Assembly (NCBI GenBank): GCA_963676915.2
Contig: CAXXVK010000048.1
Coordinates: 1 to 39,217, forward strand
Length of the DNA stretch: 39,217 nt
Direction: 5' to 3'
DNA from: Myxococcota bacterium
GTDB lineage: Bacteria > Myxococcota_A > SURF-8 > G963663525
Shown here: positions 18,001-33,000 of the stretch, one piece after another
How the letters are laid out: each line of letters begins with the position of its first letter
Position numbering within the stretch: the stretch's first letter is position 1
The notes under the pieces: generated by a model
What the model was told of the DNA's origin: nothing
The model's database searches: none
The model's input: only the letters and a program-made list of their open reading frames with translations
Position numbers and translations under genes: made by a program

Positions 18001-21000
18001 CGTTACGGTGGTGGTATTTTCCATCGTTCCGTCGGGCACGTTGACCGCCGTCACGCCGGGGGCGAAGGTGGTGAATTCGAAGTCGGGATTCTGGTTGAAA
18101 GCCCACTTGTACTGCTTGATCGGCGCCGTATCGCACGCTTCGTGGCGGCTACCGGCCTCGCAGGAAATCTTCCAGCTTACCTTGACTTCGGAGGTATTGT
18201 ACCAGACCGTCTCGTCGTCCACGATCTCATCGCCCGCTCCGTACGGAGTGACCGCGCCCCAAAGCGTCGGCGGGTCCGGCGGTGTGTCGTCCACGAGGAT
18301 CTTGTATTTGCGTGTCGCGCTCCAGAGGTTGGCGTTGTTCTTGGCGGTCATCCAGAACCAGTGCTCGCCGTCCGTCAAGCCGGTACCGGAAGATCCAACG
18401 CAATCATCCGTGAAGCACTGGGTGAAGAGGTTGGAGGTCTTGATGTAACGCTCGTCGGGCGATTGCAGCGGGAACTGCTGTCCCACGCCTTCTTCGTCAC
18501 GCAACTCGTAATAGTACCCGGCGATGCCGGAACCCGGCGCCGGATCGTCGATGCTCCACTGGAACACCGGCTGAGAGTTCGCCACCCAAGCCGTCGAGCT
18601 GGGATGCGTGGAACTGGTCAGGTAGTAGTTGACCGGATCGTCTTCCCAGAACGGTTCGGAGGTGTCGATATTGACCTGCAGGTGGGCCGTGTCGCCCCAC
18701 TTCTGCGCGCCGTTCTCGGCTCGGACGTGGAAGTAGAAGGTACCTTCGACCTGTCCTAATCCGTCATCCGGTCGGACGTTGCCCAGCGGATAGAACGGCA
18801 CGGTGCGTGTCAACAAGGTATCGATGCCGTCACCGATCGTATCGGGAATGCGGAAGGCATCGATCGGGTCGGCGTCATCGAAGTACCAGGAGTAATCGAT
18901 GATGCCTGACACATCGTACAGACCCGTCCACTTGAAGTGCACGATCCGCGACGAATACCACTCATCCTCGTCCGGATGGCTCGTGGACACCAACGGCGGC
19001 AGTCCCGGAGGCGTGCGGTCGATCTTCGTCACCCAACAATGGCGGGTTTCGTCGAAGGTCGTCCACAAACCTGCGTTGCTCTTGCCGATGATGCAGAACC
19101 ACCAGATACCGTCATCCAAGGATCCGGAGTAGGTCTGGTTGGTGGTCCAGTTGTAGCCTTCACGCAACGAGAAGGTCATGCCAGGTGTCGGAGCGACGTT
19201 CCACAAGAACTTGATGGGGATCTTCCAGTAGGCACCGGAGGCATTGTTGGTACCATCTGCGTCGGCCGACTCGATACCGGTTTCCGAAATCGTCGGCAGA
19301 GCCGGTTCGACCGCCGTGAAGTTCTCCATCTTGCCTCGGAAGAAGTCACCTTCTTCCGCCGTCAACTGACTCTTGGCAACCGTCAACCAGCCGCGCTCGA
19401 TCGAGCTTCCGTCATAGGAAATCGTCTCGTTTCCGGCGTTGACCACGGTCAGACCGGTTTCGCTACGAGCTTCGGACGGTTGGATCGGCAAAGGCCGGCG
19501 TTCCAGTTCCCAATAAGGATTGTCGCCGTTTTCTTCCTGCTTGGTCACCGTGAAGCTGTATCCCTTGATGCCGGAACTGGTGGAGAAGTTCCAGTAGTAC
19601 TCCGTGTTACCCGTCTGATAGTACCAGGTGTTCTGGTTGGGATGCGACGTGGATACCAGAGTTTCGACTTCCGGTTCGGTTGCATCAACCAGCACTTCGG
19701 TGTAATCGGACGGTCCGTTGGTCCAACCGTGTTTGTCCACGGTGGTTACATTCCAGCGGTAGGGATAATCTTCATAGCAGTCCGGCAGATAGAAGCTGGC
19801 GCTCCAATCATCGAACAGCGGCGTTTCGCTCGCAACAAGCTGCACGTACGGATCGGAACTTGTGTACGGGAAGATCGTGCGGTCAAAACGCAGGGGATCC
19901 GGCTCATTGTTCCAAATCCGGAAGATGTACTTGGCGTCGTCGTCCAGGTTCGGATCGTCCACATCCTCGGCCACGAGGTCCGGGGTCGCGGAGGTCAACC
20001 AGACACCTTCCAACGGCTCCAGGTTGGTTGTGGTTTCCGGCCGCAGGTTGGCGTACCAGCTTTCGGGGTCGGTTTCCAGCACCCAGCCGGTATCGACCAG
20101 CACGTCTTCACCTTTGACCGCAATTCCATTCTGGGTGAGATCGAGACCGTTGGCCGGATCGCTGTAAAGCGCATAGCTTCCGGTATCGTCTCGGGTACCC
20201 AGCGACCAACGGAAGGTCACCGACAGCACGTTGCCGCTTTCTTCCACATCATCCAAGGTACTTAACTGGATGTAATTGGACAGGAAGGTAATGCGGTCGT
20301 TCCCCACGGAGGCATCGTCTTCGCCACCGATGTAGGAGAAGCCCTGCGGATCGGCCACCGGATCGGCACCCGGATAACGCCGCCACTGCAACGCACCGCG
20401 ATAGCGAGCCGAGTCGTCGCCCCAGCCGTCTGTGGTATCCGGAGCTTCGGAAACCTGGAGTACGACCGTGTTGACGTTCTCCGCACCGTTCACGTCGCTG
20501 ACCTTGACGGTGACGACCTGCTCTTCGGGCGTGTCGAGGGAGGACGGATCGTAGATCCGCACCACAGACTTGGTATCGACGATATCGAGCACTTCCGGTT
20601 CCACATTGATCTTGATCTGGTAGGAACAGGTCGGACCGGAACGGTAGTAACCGGTGCCGCTGTCGATCACCTTGTTGAAGGCTTTGACGTGCAACCAGTA
20701 GAAGCCCTTGTTCTGCACTGGGTCTTCCACAGTGACATCCAACTCGGGGTGCAACGGATCGCCGTCGCATACCGGCACCGTTCCATCCACCGGAGATCCA
20801 ACCGAAGAAGAGGTCTTGCAGAGAATCTCGTTAGGCAGACTCAAACCAGGCGAGGCCGGAGGCGGCGTGGTGTTGAATTCCCAATGCCATCCCGAAATAC
20901 CGGAGTATGTGTCGCCTGTGATCTCCCAATGGAAGGTCACGTCACGTTCCATGCGCCATTCGTCGGGATCGTCGTGCGGGGCGTATGCCAACACGGTCGG

Positions 21001-24000
21001 GCAATCCGGCTCGTAATCGACCTGCACCACGTACATCGCCTTGTAGACGCTCGGGTAACTGGTCGGATCGACCGGATCGGGCCAGGTACCGGTCAGTTCG
21101 CCCGAAGGTCCGACGCTCCACTTGTCGGTGTTGCTCAACGCTTTGATGCGGAAGTAGTAAATACCGTTAGGCAGGTCGGAGTAACTCGCCTGGTATTTCA
21201 GACTTCCCAGATCGTCCGCCGTATCGTCGGGCAGTTCAGAAGGATTCTGCGTCAGAATCCAGCTGTGCCCTTTCACGCCGGAGTGCGAGAAGCTCGTCCA
21301 GTTGATGACCAGGTTGCGGTCGATGGTCCATACTCCGTCCTGATGCGTCGTCGATGTGACGGTCTTGACTTCCGCGCCACGGTCGATTTGCAGACGGAAC
21401 GGTGTCGCCAAAGCGGTCCAACGTTCTGTCTTGGACTGTGCCGCCGCATGAATGTAGTAGGTACCGGAGGCAATGTCGTTGACGTTGATCGTCACCGAGC
21501 TGTTCACCGCCAGATCGCCGCTTTCGAAGTTGGCATAGGCCGGTCCCGTCGTCGGGTCGAAGGCCGGAACATCCGCCGTATCGCGAATCTCCCAGCGCCA
21601 GCCGTTCACACCGCTCAAACTCTTGGCATCGATGGTGAATTCCACATCCCCTTCGCCGTACCAGTCATCCGGGTCGGGATGGGTGGTGGAACTGACCGCG
21701 ACCGAGGTCGGACCCATGTCAATCATCACCCTCAGGTGGGCCACGTCGTTTGGATCGGTCCACCAACCGGCGGCATTGACGGCACGTACGTGGAAGTAGT
21801 AGTCGCCACTGGCCAGATCGGTATAGGTCTTTGATGTGATCAACTGTTCGCCCGAAGCGACCGGGGTATACACCGCCCTGATTGTTGAGCACCCACGTGT
21901 AACCCGTAACCGGAGCCGTATCTTCCGACAGCCAGGAGAATTCGACTTCACTCGACCGGCAGCCAGTCGTTGAAGACCGGATCGGAGTTGAGCCAGGAAA
22001 TCAACGGCTTCGTGGCATCGAGTCGGATACGACGCTTGGAGGTGGCACTCCACAGTCCGTCCTGGTTGCGGGGCCTGGACGTGGAACCAGTATTCCCCGT
22101 CGGGCACGTTGGTCAGGTTCAGCGTGTAATCGTTTCCAACCCATTCCCCGTCGTGATCGGACGGCGGAGAAGGCGGCTCGTCGTAATCATCGGAATCGTC
22201 GAGAGTGACGGTTTCGCTATCCGACAGTCGCCAGCGGAAGCGATCGATTCCACCATAGGTATCGCCACCGAAGTCCTCGTCTGAACAAGACCACTGCAGC
22301 ACGACGTTCGGAATCTTGTACCAGGTATCCTGACTCGAATGGGACAGGCTGGTCAATACCGGTGCCGGAGGCGGCGTGGTGTCCGGAGTTCTCGCGGAGA
22401 CTTCCAACGAATGGGCAGATACGTTTCCAAATGCATCCACCGCATCCACACGGTAGTACCAGACTTCGTTGTCGTTGACTTCGTGCACGAAGGTCGTGTC
22501 GGCATGACCGGCTTCCAGCAAGCTGCCGTAAGCTTCCGATCTCCCGAACCACGGCTTTGCGGTTCGTGGTGTTGATACCGTCCACTCCGTCGCTGTCCAC
22601 GCCGTCTGCATCGAAGAACAGGATCAGGCTCCTCAACTCGATGGGAGTGAAGGCGAACGAAACCATTCCGCGTTCCGGCTCCCAATCTCTCAACAGCGTG
22701 TAATCTCCGGCGTAAATACTGCCGCCAGGAACGATCAAGTCGGTGTATTCGACGCGCTGACGCTTGAAGATTCCGGTCGTCGCCATCGTAGTAATGAATA
22801 CGCAGTTTGCTGATCGTCCTTTTTCCGTTGATCGGGAAGTAGATCCGCACGAGGCCGTCTTCGGTCAGATCGCTGCTCGTCCACCAAGTCATGGGATCGC
22901 CATCGACGAGGCGCGAGGTATCGCCATCCGTACCGTGAGACAACGCGCCTTCGAAAATGTTCTCCAACTCATCCGGATCTTGCGCGGCGTACACGTTGTA
23001 GGCCACGGCACCGTCCACGGCATCCCAACTTACATGGATGCGGCCTTCTTCGGAATTGAGCGGTCTCAACTCGAAGTTCGCCGCCGCGTTGTCGGGAACA
23101 TCCGGTTTCGACCGTATCCGTAATCGGCGCGTAGTCCGGTTCGGGCAAGGTTTCCGTCGGACCCGGAGTGTAGCTGGAAAGCTGGTACGAACACTGGTTG
23201 CCCAACTTATCCCGAGCCGCGTAGCGCATCCGGTAGAAATTCGGATACGACAGGTCGTGCTGGTAGTCGGAACCCGGTCCGAAGTAATCCTGCGCGAACA
23301 GATCGTGGAAGTAGTACTTATAGGTCGAGGCAGGCAGACCGTCTTCGAGCATAATCCAGTCCGTCATACTCGTTCCGTCGTGGACTCTCGCTTCCACACG
23401 CAGGGTATCGACACCGACGCCCGGTTCTGGATCGCTTGCGGCGTCCCAGTATCCTTCCATACCGAAACCGGAGTCGTTGTAGCGTACGGCCATGGCCGGG
23501 CAACTCGGCGGCTGACGGTCGAGGTTCACGAGGTCGTTGAAGTCCGGGAACTCAATCGTTCCGGTTTCGTTGCCACCACCGTCACGCAACCTGACGTATA
23601 CCGTCTTGGGTCCGTCCGGGTTGGCGATCAACTGGTGCAACGCCTCGGTGAAGCTGTACGACCCGTCGGCATTGACCGAACCAAGCGCCGTCAATTCACG
23701 GTTGGTGATCAGGTTCGTATCGTTGCCGATGGCGAAGTAGATCGGGTGCCAATCGTCTTTACCCGTGATTTCCACATCCACCTTGGCGGTCGTCGAACTG
23801 GTCCACTTGGCACCGTCGATCATCTGAGCCAGAATATTGACCACGGCGGACGGATCGGCATCCGGTCCGAACGGCGGGCGTGGTATCGACAACCACCTGC
23901 ACCGCAGGACTCCAGCTGGACACGTTGTCCACGAGGTCGAAGACGCGAACCTTGAAGTTCCAGGGACCGTCCTCGATTTCAGCCGGAACCACGAGGCTCT

Positions 24001-27000
24001 CGGTCGCCGAATAGGCATTGAGTCCCTGGGTGTCGGGATCGTCGCCGTCTTTCCACCACAGCAACTCGTAGGCGTAGGTCCACACCGTTTCCGGCATCGA
24101 CCTCACGCAGACCGGAAGTGGAGTCGCTGGACGGAGGCGTCCAGGTGACTTCCGGCGTATCGTCGGCCACACGGCCCGTCGATTCGTTGGTAATGCTGAT
24201 TTCGGCGGTATGCGTCGGCACCTGCGTATCGAGCGTGATCAGCTTGCAGATGACGGTGCTCTCGTTGAGGGCGTCGTCGATCAAGCCGACACAGACCGTA
24301 CGCGTTCCGTCCACACCCGGCAACTCGTTCGAACCCGGATCGAGAGTTACGGCGTGCATCGCCGAACCTTCGACGAACTCGTAGGTTTCCCAGTCCTCCC
24401 AAGTGGATTCGGGGTCGGTGGTCGGATCGAAGGTCGGATCGCAACCCACCTGGCAGGAACCGGCATTGCATTCGGCTCCGGCGCAGTTGGAATCGCATCC
24501 GCTAGGACAGGTGAAGCGTCCCACCGTACCGGACATGTCGGTGACCCAGATGCGGTCTTTGTCGAAACAGGCCGAATCGATCTGGATCGAAATGTCTTTG
24601 CCGGAAGTGAACACGTAGCTGTCGGAGCGAGTCCGAACCACCGGCTGCGGCGTTCCACCAATGAAGGTTACGATCGGAGCCGGGCAGGCTTCCACGTCGA
24701 TGGTGCGGTGCACGTAGACCGGATCGTCGCCGACATTCTCCGGCTCGGAGGAGTCGGTCCAGTTGCCCGCTTCGTCATAAACGCGAACCTTGGCCCACCA
24801 TTCGCCGTTGGCCAGCTCGACCGTGCTTTCCCAGGAATTGGAATCCTTGTCCACGATGAAGCAGCCCTGATCCTCGACGATCGTGCACTCGGCAATCTCG
24901 TCTTCATCCGGCCACTCGTTTACATCGTTGGTCCAGATCACCCGGTATTCCTTGCGACCGGAGCGGTCATCCGCCGCGTGATCCCAGGTCCACAGCGGGG
25001 TGGAATCGTTGAGCAGTTCACGCGCCGTAACCGGCTCGGGATCGGTCTTGAAGTTCAACGGTTTGTCCGGCTTGACCGTATCGATCTTGTACGGACCCTT
25101 CGTCACCCAGCCATCCACCACCGTATCGGTAGCATCGATCACCTGAGAACTGATGTTGCCCTGGTTATCGACGGGACGCAGGTGGAAGTAATGGCTGTCG
25201 CCATCGGCCAGCGTACAGGTATGGGTCGATTCTGTCACGCTGTCATTGGTCTCATCCATCGACTCGCCGTACACGGCCTGCTCGTTGCAAGCGACGAGGT
25301 ACTTCTGCACGCCCGCCAGCTTGGAGTAGTTGTGCACGCGATGCACGGACACATTGTCGAGGTAGATCGTCTGGTCAGCTGCAGAAGTCGATTGATCTTC
25401 GACGATCAGGCTGTACGCACCCGGCGTCGCCGAGGTGTGAACCACAGCCGCGAAGCGACCGAATTCCCCGGCGTCGCAGGTGAAGTCGTTCATCGACTTC
25501 TTGACGTACGAGCTTCCGGCCGGAATCCAGCCGTCCGCCGTCAGTTCGTCACCGCCTCGGAAGACGACACGGTACTGACCCTCGGTTTCGCACAGGTAGT
25601 CGAAGCGCAGCAGGAAGTCCTGCTCGGCTGCCGAAGCCATGCGATCCACGTTCTGTTCCAGCACCACGTCGGCGTTTCCGTTACCACCCTTCGACACGGC
25701 TTTCCAGACGAAGCCGTTCAGGCTGCTGTCATCCGGAGCCGAAGCGCGTTGGAAGCACACGCCGTCCGTGCAATCCGTATCTTCCACCCAGCCGCGAGCA
25801 TCCGAAGCGTCGGCTTCGGCTGTCTCGAAGTTGCCGTTGACGATGCCGTCGTTGTCGTTGCCGGCTTCGTCGAAGGCCACGATTGCGGCGCTCCAGTCGG
25901 TCTGCACGTCAACGGAATCGGTCCAGTCGAGTTCCAGAGTGGAAACATTCAACCAGACATCCTCTTCGTGCCCGCTGGGCGAGGTGAAGGAGTCCGGCAG
26001 GTTCGGTCCGAGCACGTCACCAAGGTTGGCGGCGACGAGCGAGAAGGCCGTATCGTCCGGGTCGCCAGCGTCCAGCGGAGCGTCTCCGCGCACCAGCGGG
26101 TAACCCGCCAGCCACTCGACCGAGCTTTCTTCGGTGGACCCGCCCTTGACGAACATCGCACCGGCGCGGCCTGAAGTCAGCAGCGCCACGTTACCCGGAT
26201 GGTAGATGTCGAAGCTGGGACGACCGTTGCAGTACGCGCGGAAGCGGTTGCCATCCACGACAAGCGCCAGATGCGTCGCGCTGTCAGGCACGGTCGCCTC
26301 GCCGGTATCGCCAAGGCAAGGACCACTTGCCAGCGCCTGGGCGGTATCGGTGGTGCTTTGCGTCAGGTAGGCCCGGTTGTCGCTGCCGAGGCTCAACATA
26401 TAGTATTGGGCTGTGGCATCGTACGCACCGTTGTGCATGGCGACGATACCCGTCTGGATGCTCGCCGCACCACGGTACAAGGAACCTTCGACACGCACCG
26501 GCGACGTCAGATCGCCCTTGGCCAGGATCACGCTCGTGGCATCGTCTTCGTAAACGAGTTTGCCGGCATTGAGATCCCAGTTTCCATCGGCGGCGTTGAA
26601 GTCGTAGTTTCTCAACTCGTTGCCGTTCACGTCGTCGATGACGAAATCATCACTGAAGCCGTTGGCTCTGGCCACCGCCGCACCGTGATTGTCAACCGCC
26701 GCCGCTACGGTATTGAGAGAATCCGCACCGCCGTACAGGGTGAAGTAACCCAGGCCGGAGACGTCTTCGATATTGACCATCACCGGGGCCGAGCAATCGA
26801 GCCGTCCACCGGCTGCCTGTTCCTCGGCACGGACCGTCACCGTGGCGAAGGCCATCGCCTCGGAAGCGCCCGTGGCCAGAGATATCGTCTCGACGTAGGC
26901 GTTGGAGGCATCGTACACCGAACAGGTGGCGTCGGACTCCAAAGAAGCCAGGTACAAGGTCTGTGTTTCCTGCGGGATCACGAAACGGCTACGAGCCATG

Positions 27001-30000
27001 TACGCCGGTTTGAGCGCTTCGGCGTCCTGATGGTTCTTCGAGGTCGAACCGTGCGCCGCCACAGGCTTGGTGGCCGTGATTGCCACACCGGCCGGGAGCA
27101 ACGGCCCGACACTGCGCACGAAATCGTAGGAATCGCCGCGATCGCAGGAACCGGTGACGATTTCCTCGGAGCCGTCCGCCAACTGGTAGCTGACCGTGTA
27201 ATCGGTGCCGTCTTCGAAGCAGACCATACCGCCTTCGCGCAAGGTCGAACCGACAAGGCTCGTATGCGCGGGAGCCAGCGCGAACACCTGTTCGGGGTTC
27301 GGATCTTCGCTCATGAAGGACACAAGCATCGGTTCCTGACTCTCGACCAGCAACGCCACGTCGTCGGCAAAGTCGCCGCTGACTTCTTTATGGTAATGGC
27401 GCATCAGGGATTCGAGACCCGTGAACTCGATCTTCTTCACGGCGCCTTCGTAAATCGCGACTTCGTTGGAATCCTTCAGGCTCATCAGTGTGAGTTTCCA
27501 GTCCTCACCCATTTGATCGGACTGGTTGAAGAACACGCCGAAGCGACTGCCCGTGAACCAGGCCGGTGTCAGGTTGGTCTTGGAAGCCCAGTTGACCGTC
27601 TCGACCGGAGCATCGGCGGCCACGATGGAACGCGCCGACGTTTCGCTGACACAGGTCTTGACTAAAGCATCCGCCGTTTCGGTATCCAGTCCGTTGACGA
27701 GGTTCGTCCCGTCGGCGTACGGATAGAAGCAGTAGCCGGAATCGGCGATCGTCGCGTTGAGCGCGTAGAGCGAACCGCTCTGATCGTTCAACCGCGCATT
27801 GGCTTCGTAATCGCTCCAGTCGGTTCCCCAACTGAAGGCCTGGTTCCCGGCATCGCCGGTTTCAGCCACTTCGGAAGCGACAGCGGCGGTGCGGTTGCGG
27901 TCGAGCACGGTGTAACCGGCGGCAAGACCGTACTGAGACGTGAAGTCCTGGAAGTTCGCACGTCCACGCAGACGCTGGACTTCACCGGCGGGCAACGGCA
28001 CTTCGACGCCGAACAGGCCGTTCCAGTCCGGCTCGGTGGCGTGATCGTACTTGGCCCAGATACCGCTGATAATACTACCGGTAGCATCCATCTCACAGCC
28101 ACCCGCGTAGAACACCCCGTCCAATCCCAGGTGCTTGTCGCTGTCGGGATCGTAGATGCAGTATCGGGCGGCATCGACGTTGCCGTTGGTATGGATCGTC
28201 AGCCGCAATCCGGCGTCGCCATCGCTGTTGACACCTTTGTCGTAACTGGGCTGATTGAACAGCACCATCGGCGGGTCGACGATGAGGATGTCGATCTCAT
28301 ACGCAATGGAGTCGTTCGAAACGTTCCGCGCACGGTCGTAGGTGACAACCTTGAAGAACCAGGTTCCCTTCTGGATCGATTCCGTATAGGTGAACTCCGT
28401 GTTCTGCGTCGTCGCCACTTCGGTCCAGGGATCGCCGCCGGTTCGGGAAGCGAACACCTTGTAGGCGAAGATCTCGACCGGATCGACACCGGCAATCGGA
28501 ACACCCGATTCGACGGGTTGCGTCGGGTCGGTGTTGTCGAGTGCAGCATCCCACTGGATGGTCGGCAGGTCGGTGGCACGCACCAAACGGCCCTCTTCCA
28601 GCGTAGCGTCCTTGACGCTGACATTCGTGGGAGCGGCCGGCTTGTTGCGGTCGTACATGATCTGCTTGGTGATTTCCGGCGTGGTATTGGTCGCCTCGTC
28701 GGTGAAGGTCATCACCACATCCACCATGGCGTTTTGCGTCGGCGAGGAAGCGAAGAGGTTCCAGGTAATGATCTGCGGACTCGTCGCCTGCGCCTGATCC
28801 ACAAGCACGGGGCTGGCGGAAGCGCGGCCAACCGAATACTTCCACGGCTGGTCGGATTCCAGCGTCAGCAGAGCCACTTCGTCCCGAGTGTACTCTTTGC
28901 CGTTCACCCACGGAGCGCTCGGCGGATAGGTGTCGTCGCGGTCGATCCAGAAATCGGCCACCGGCACCTTGCGGTCCACCTTGAAGGTAACTTCGGAAGT
29001 GGTGATGTACTGTCCCAGGTTGTCGAAGGCCCAAACCTGCATGACGTACACTTTTTCCTCTTCCAGTCCCGCCATGTCGGAATCGAACACGAAGTACGGC
29101 ATTCCGCTAATGGGATCGACGACTTCGCCAACCACTTCGATGTTGGCGGCGCCTTCATCCGAAAGATCGGTACCCAACGGACCCCAGCGCAGTTCGTACG
29201 CTCCGCTGTCTCGCATACCCGAAGGAGCGGGAGCCGGATCGTCCACCGCGCCCCAGACAACCTTCGGCAACGGATCGTTGGTCAGGTAGTCGATATCGAC
29301 ATCGGTGGTCATATACATCGGGTCGCCCGTGGTCTTGTCCACGAGGACCGGCTCGAACGGAGCGTTGATCGAATCGACAACCTGCGGCACCGAACGGTCG
29401 ATGGTGAACTGATATTCGTCGGGACCGGTGATGTTTTCGGCCCGGTCCATGACCCACAGGTACATCCGATGCGGACCTTCGCCCAATTCGCTGAGGTCCA
29501 TATTGTCGTCAGGATTGTCACCCTGCACGTAATCCACCCAGTTGGAGGAATCCGCTTCGGGATCGATCGGCGTGCCGAAATCGTACAACAGATGCATCAT
29601 CTTGTACGGACGTCCCAGGGCATCCGCCGGGAAGTCGTCGTGCGCATCCTGATAGGACTTGACCCATTCGTCCTTGACGAAAATCTCGCTGCCATTGGAA
29701 TAGGTCACGGCGCTTTCGAAACGGTTCTCGTCGATCACCGGATAGGTCAGGTCCACCGTGATGGTGCTGCTGTCCACCGACCATAGCGACTTGTTGTCGG
29801 CATAGTCGTAGGCGCTAACACGCGTGAGGTAGTAGCCCTGCGGCAACGGATTGAGCGTGTTGGGCGGATTGGCGGTATCGTGGACACCACCGTGGAAGAA
29901 CTCCGTCGGGCTGAGGAAAATGTCCACCGAGTCGTCATCCCAGGTGCCCGCCACCGGGCGGTACTGGAAGTGATACGTCGAATTGGGCCGCAGACCCAGG

Positions 30001-33000
30001 GTTCCCTTGTCGCCGGTTTCGGGGTCGAGCAGGATTTCCAAGCCGTCCGAATCGTCGGCGGGAGCCACCCAGTTCCAGTTCGGCGTGTCGTAATTGACAT
30101 AGGCTTTGACCGGCGTAGGCGTATCGGGTTGTGCAGGAGCCTGGTTGTCCAACCAGACACTGCGTTCCATCTCGTACACGTTGTTGAGATGGTCTTTACA
30201 CCACAGGTACACGGTCTTGTAAGCCAGTGCTTCCGGAGGCGTCGGCAAGGTGTGACTGACCTCGAAGGTCGGGTTGTCGATCACCGGGAAGTTCGGATCG
30301 GTCCAGGCGGTCGGGTCATCCCAGACCGGAGAAGTCCAACGGGCGTCGGTAGGATCGGGACCGTCGGGAATCTGCACGTCGGTCACGAGGTACATGTACG
30401 GCTCGTCCGCCGGTTTTTCCTCGAAGTTGTTCAAGGTCACGTACAGGGACACACCCGGATCGCTGACGGCCCATTTGTCCTTGTCGCCTTCGGTCACGGC
30501 AGTCGGCAGACCGATGGTGAACGGACAGCGCGGCGCGGAGTTATCGTACACGATGCTATCGGATACGATCACCCGGTTGTCACCCTGATCCTTGACGTTG
30601 GCATAGACCGTGTATTCGATGATCGTCTGGGACTCGACCAGTTCGATCGGGAACTGCAATTTCGGAGCGACCGTCTGCCAGGTCAACCAGCTTCCGGTCG
30701 GCAGATCCCATTCGGCATCGAACAGATCGGGTTGGTTATCCAGTTTCACCTGGAATTTCACATCACCCGGCCATTCATCGGAAGGCGGAGGATTCATGTG
30801 AATGAAGAACGTCGTCTCTTTGATACGATCGATTTCTCCATCCTCATTACCCAACACGAACATCGGTACCAGCGGCGGCACGTCGTCCAACGTAATATCG
30901 TCGGACTCGGCCACGGCGGTGGTGTTATGACCACCGTCACGCGCCAGCATACTGACGGTGCGCACGGCTTCGCGCTCATCATCGGCCAACTCGGCCAGCT
31001 TCCAGACCACCGGGCTGGTGAGATTCATCCATTCGCCCGGTTTGAACGTCTCGGTGGCTTCGTCGTAGATGCCGTAGCCCAAGCCATCGTTGTTCGAGAA
31101 CTGCACCTGTACGAACGGCCAGGGGTTCTCGTCCACGGCTTCGGGGAACAGGCGCACGAGCGAGGTGTTGACCCGCGAAGGTTCGGGATCGCCCGCTTCG
31201 TCGTCGATGGCTTTGATCACGATCGCCAGATTGATAGGCGCGTACACGTCGTACTGGGTTTCGGCCTCGTAATTGAGGTTGTCTTTGTCCGTGGTGTTCT
31301 TGCCACCATCGCGCACTCTTACGAACACGCGTTCTTTTTCTGCCGTCGAAACCGTGTTTTCGACCAGCACGGCACCCGTGTAATAGATGTAATAGCGACC
31401 GCCTTCGTTCACCACGTCGGCGAAATCGAAGATTCGGCGGCTGGATACGGGCACGGCGTTGAAGTCGTCGATCTTGGCGTCCGAGTAGGCCACTTCGATC
31501 GGGTACCACTCTTCACTGACGGGCACTTCGATCTTGAGCGTGACGGTCAGCGACGTGGTGTTGCCGGAAGGCGAAACCACGTTGTTGTCCGGGTCGAGAA
31601 TCACCACGGCGGGATGATCCGGTTCGGTGATTTCAGGCGCGGTACCGTCGAAAGTAATGACCTGCGTTTTGACTTCCGTCTCGTGACCCGGGAATCCCGG
31701 CGGATCTTCGTATCCGTCACGGAACTGCACGTAGACGGTCTTGTCACCGTCCACGGTGTCGGCCAGCGTGTGGGTCGTATCGAGATGATCCAGTGCGTCT
31801 CCCAAAGCAACGTAGGGAGAACCGGCCAGGAAGGCTGAGCTGTTGGCTACACGATAGTAAACAGGCTTCCAAGTGTCTTCCCAATCCAAAGCGAGATCGA
31901 CGATCTGCCCGTTGGTAAACAGCGTGCTGCCCGTCGCCTGATCCGATACGAGGAACGAAGAGTCCGGCGCCTCGCGATCGAGGAAGATATTGGCCAGAGC
32001 CGGAGTCAGGTTGTAGTTGCCGTCCGGCACATCGCCGCCACCCGGTGCATTATCCTTGACCCAGACGTACACGGTTTGCGAACCGTCCAGATCTTCGAGC
32101 AACCAGTCTTCCGGATCGGGATCGTATGCCTGCCACGGCGCGTTGGCCGCGATCCAGGCATCCATCTGCGCCCGGTCTGTGATGGTATCCGGTCGCGTGT
32201 TCGAAATTGCCATCCAGGTGGCATCCGAATCGTCGCTGGTGATGTGGAGATCCACATCCCTGTAAAGGACTGTGTGTATCACCCAGGTTGTTGATGTAGA
32301 ACGAAACCACCGGGGCTTTGATATCCACGTTGAACGGTCCGACCACGTGGGAATCGCTCCAGTTGTCCTCATGCGCCGTATCTTTCGTGCGCAGGAACAG
32401 GTAGTACCAGCCACTCGTCAGAGCTTGTCTGTCGAAGGAGACTTCACCTGAAGCGAAGGTCAAATCGACACTCGGCCGTCGGGTTGCTGTACCCGGAGAC
32501 ATCGCCCGGAGGCGTCAGACCATAGTACTTGAATTCCAGGTCCATTCCTTCGATAGGCGCTTCCACCTCTCGCGACTTGGAACGAAGCAGTTGCACACGT
32601 GTCGGTGTAGAATACGCCGTTGACCACGTTCGTAGCATACTGCACCTGGAGACTCTGGGTTCCATCCGGGGCGGTGAAGACACGCTCCAGTTTCTCCCAG
32701 TTGGCGGAGTCACCCATCAGGTCGCCGACGATTTCCGTATACGGTCCGCCACCCGCGTTGGGTGAAGCGTAGACTTTCAGGAACATCTGGGCGCTGTTGG
32801 AACGATAGACACCGGAAAGGTAGAACTGAAGTCCGTCCGCAGGATCGATATCGATAGAGGACGACGTTACGGTCTTCCACGATCCGGCGAGATTGTTGTT
32901 GACCTGCCAGCTTACGCAACGACGACCCTGGTAGCATTCGCCGAAATCTTCCAGCGTGGAAGACGATCCGCTACGAGTCCAGTCCACCACCTCATTGGTA

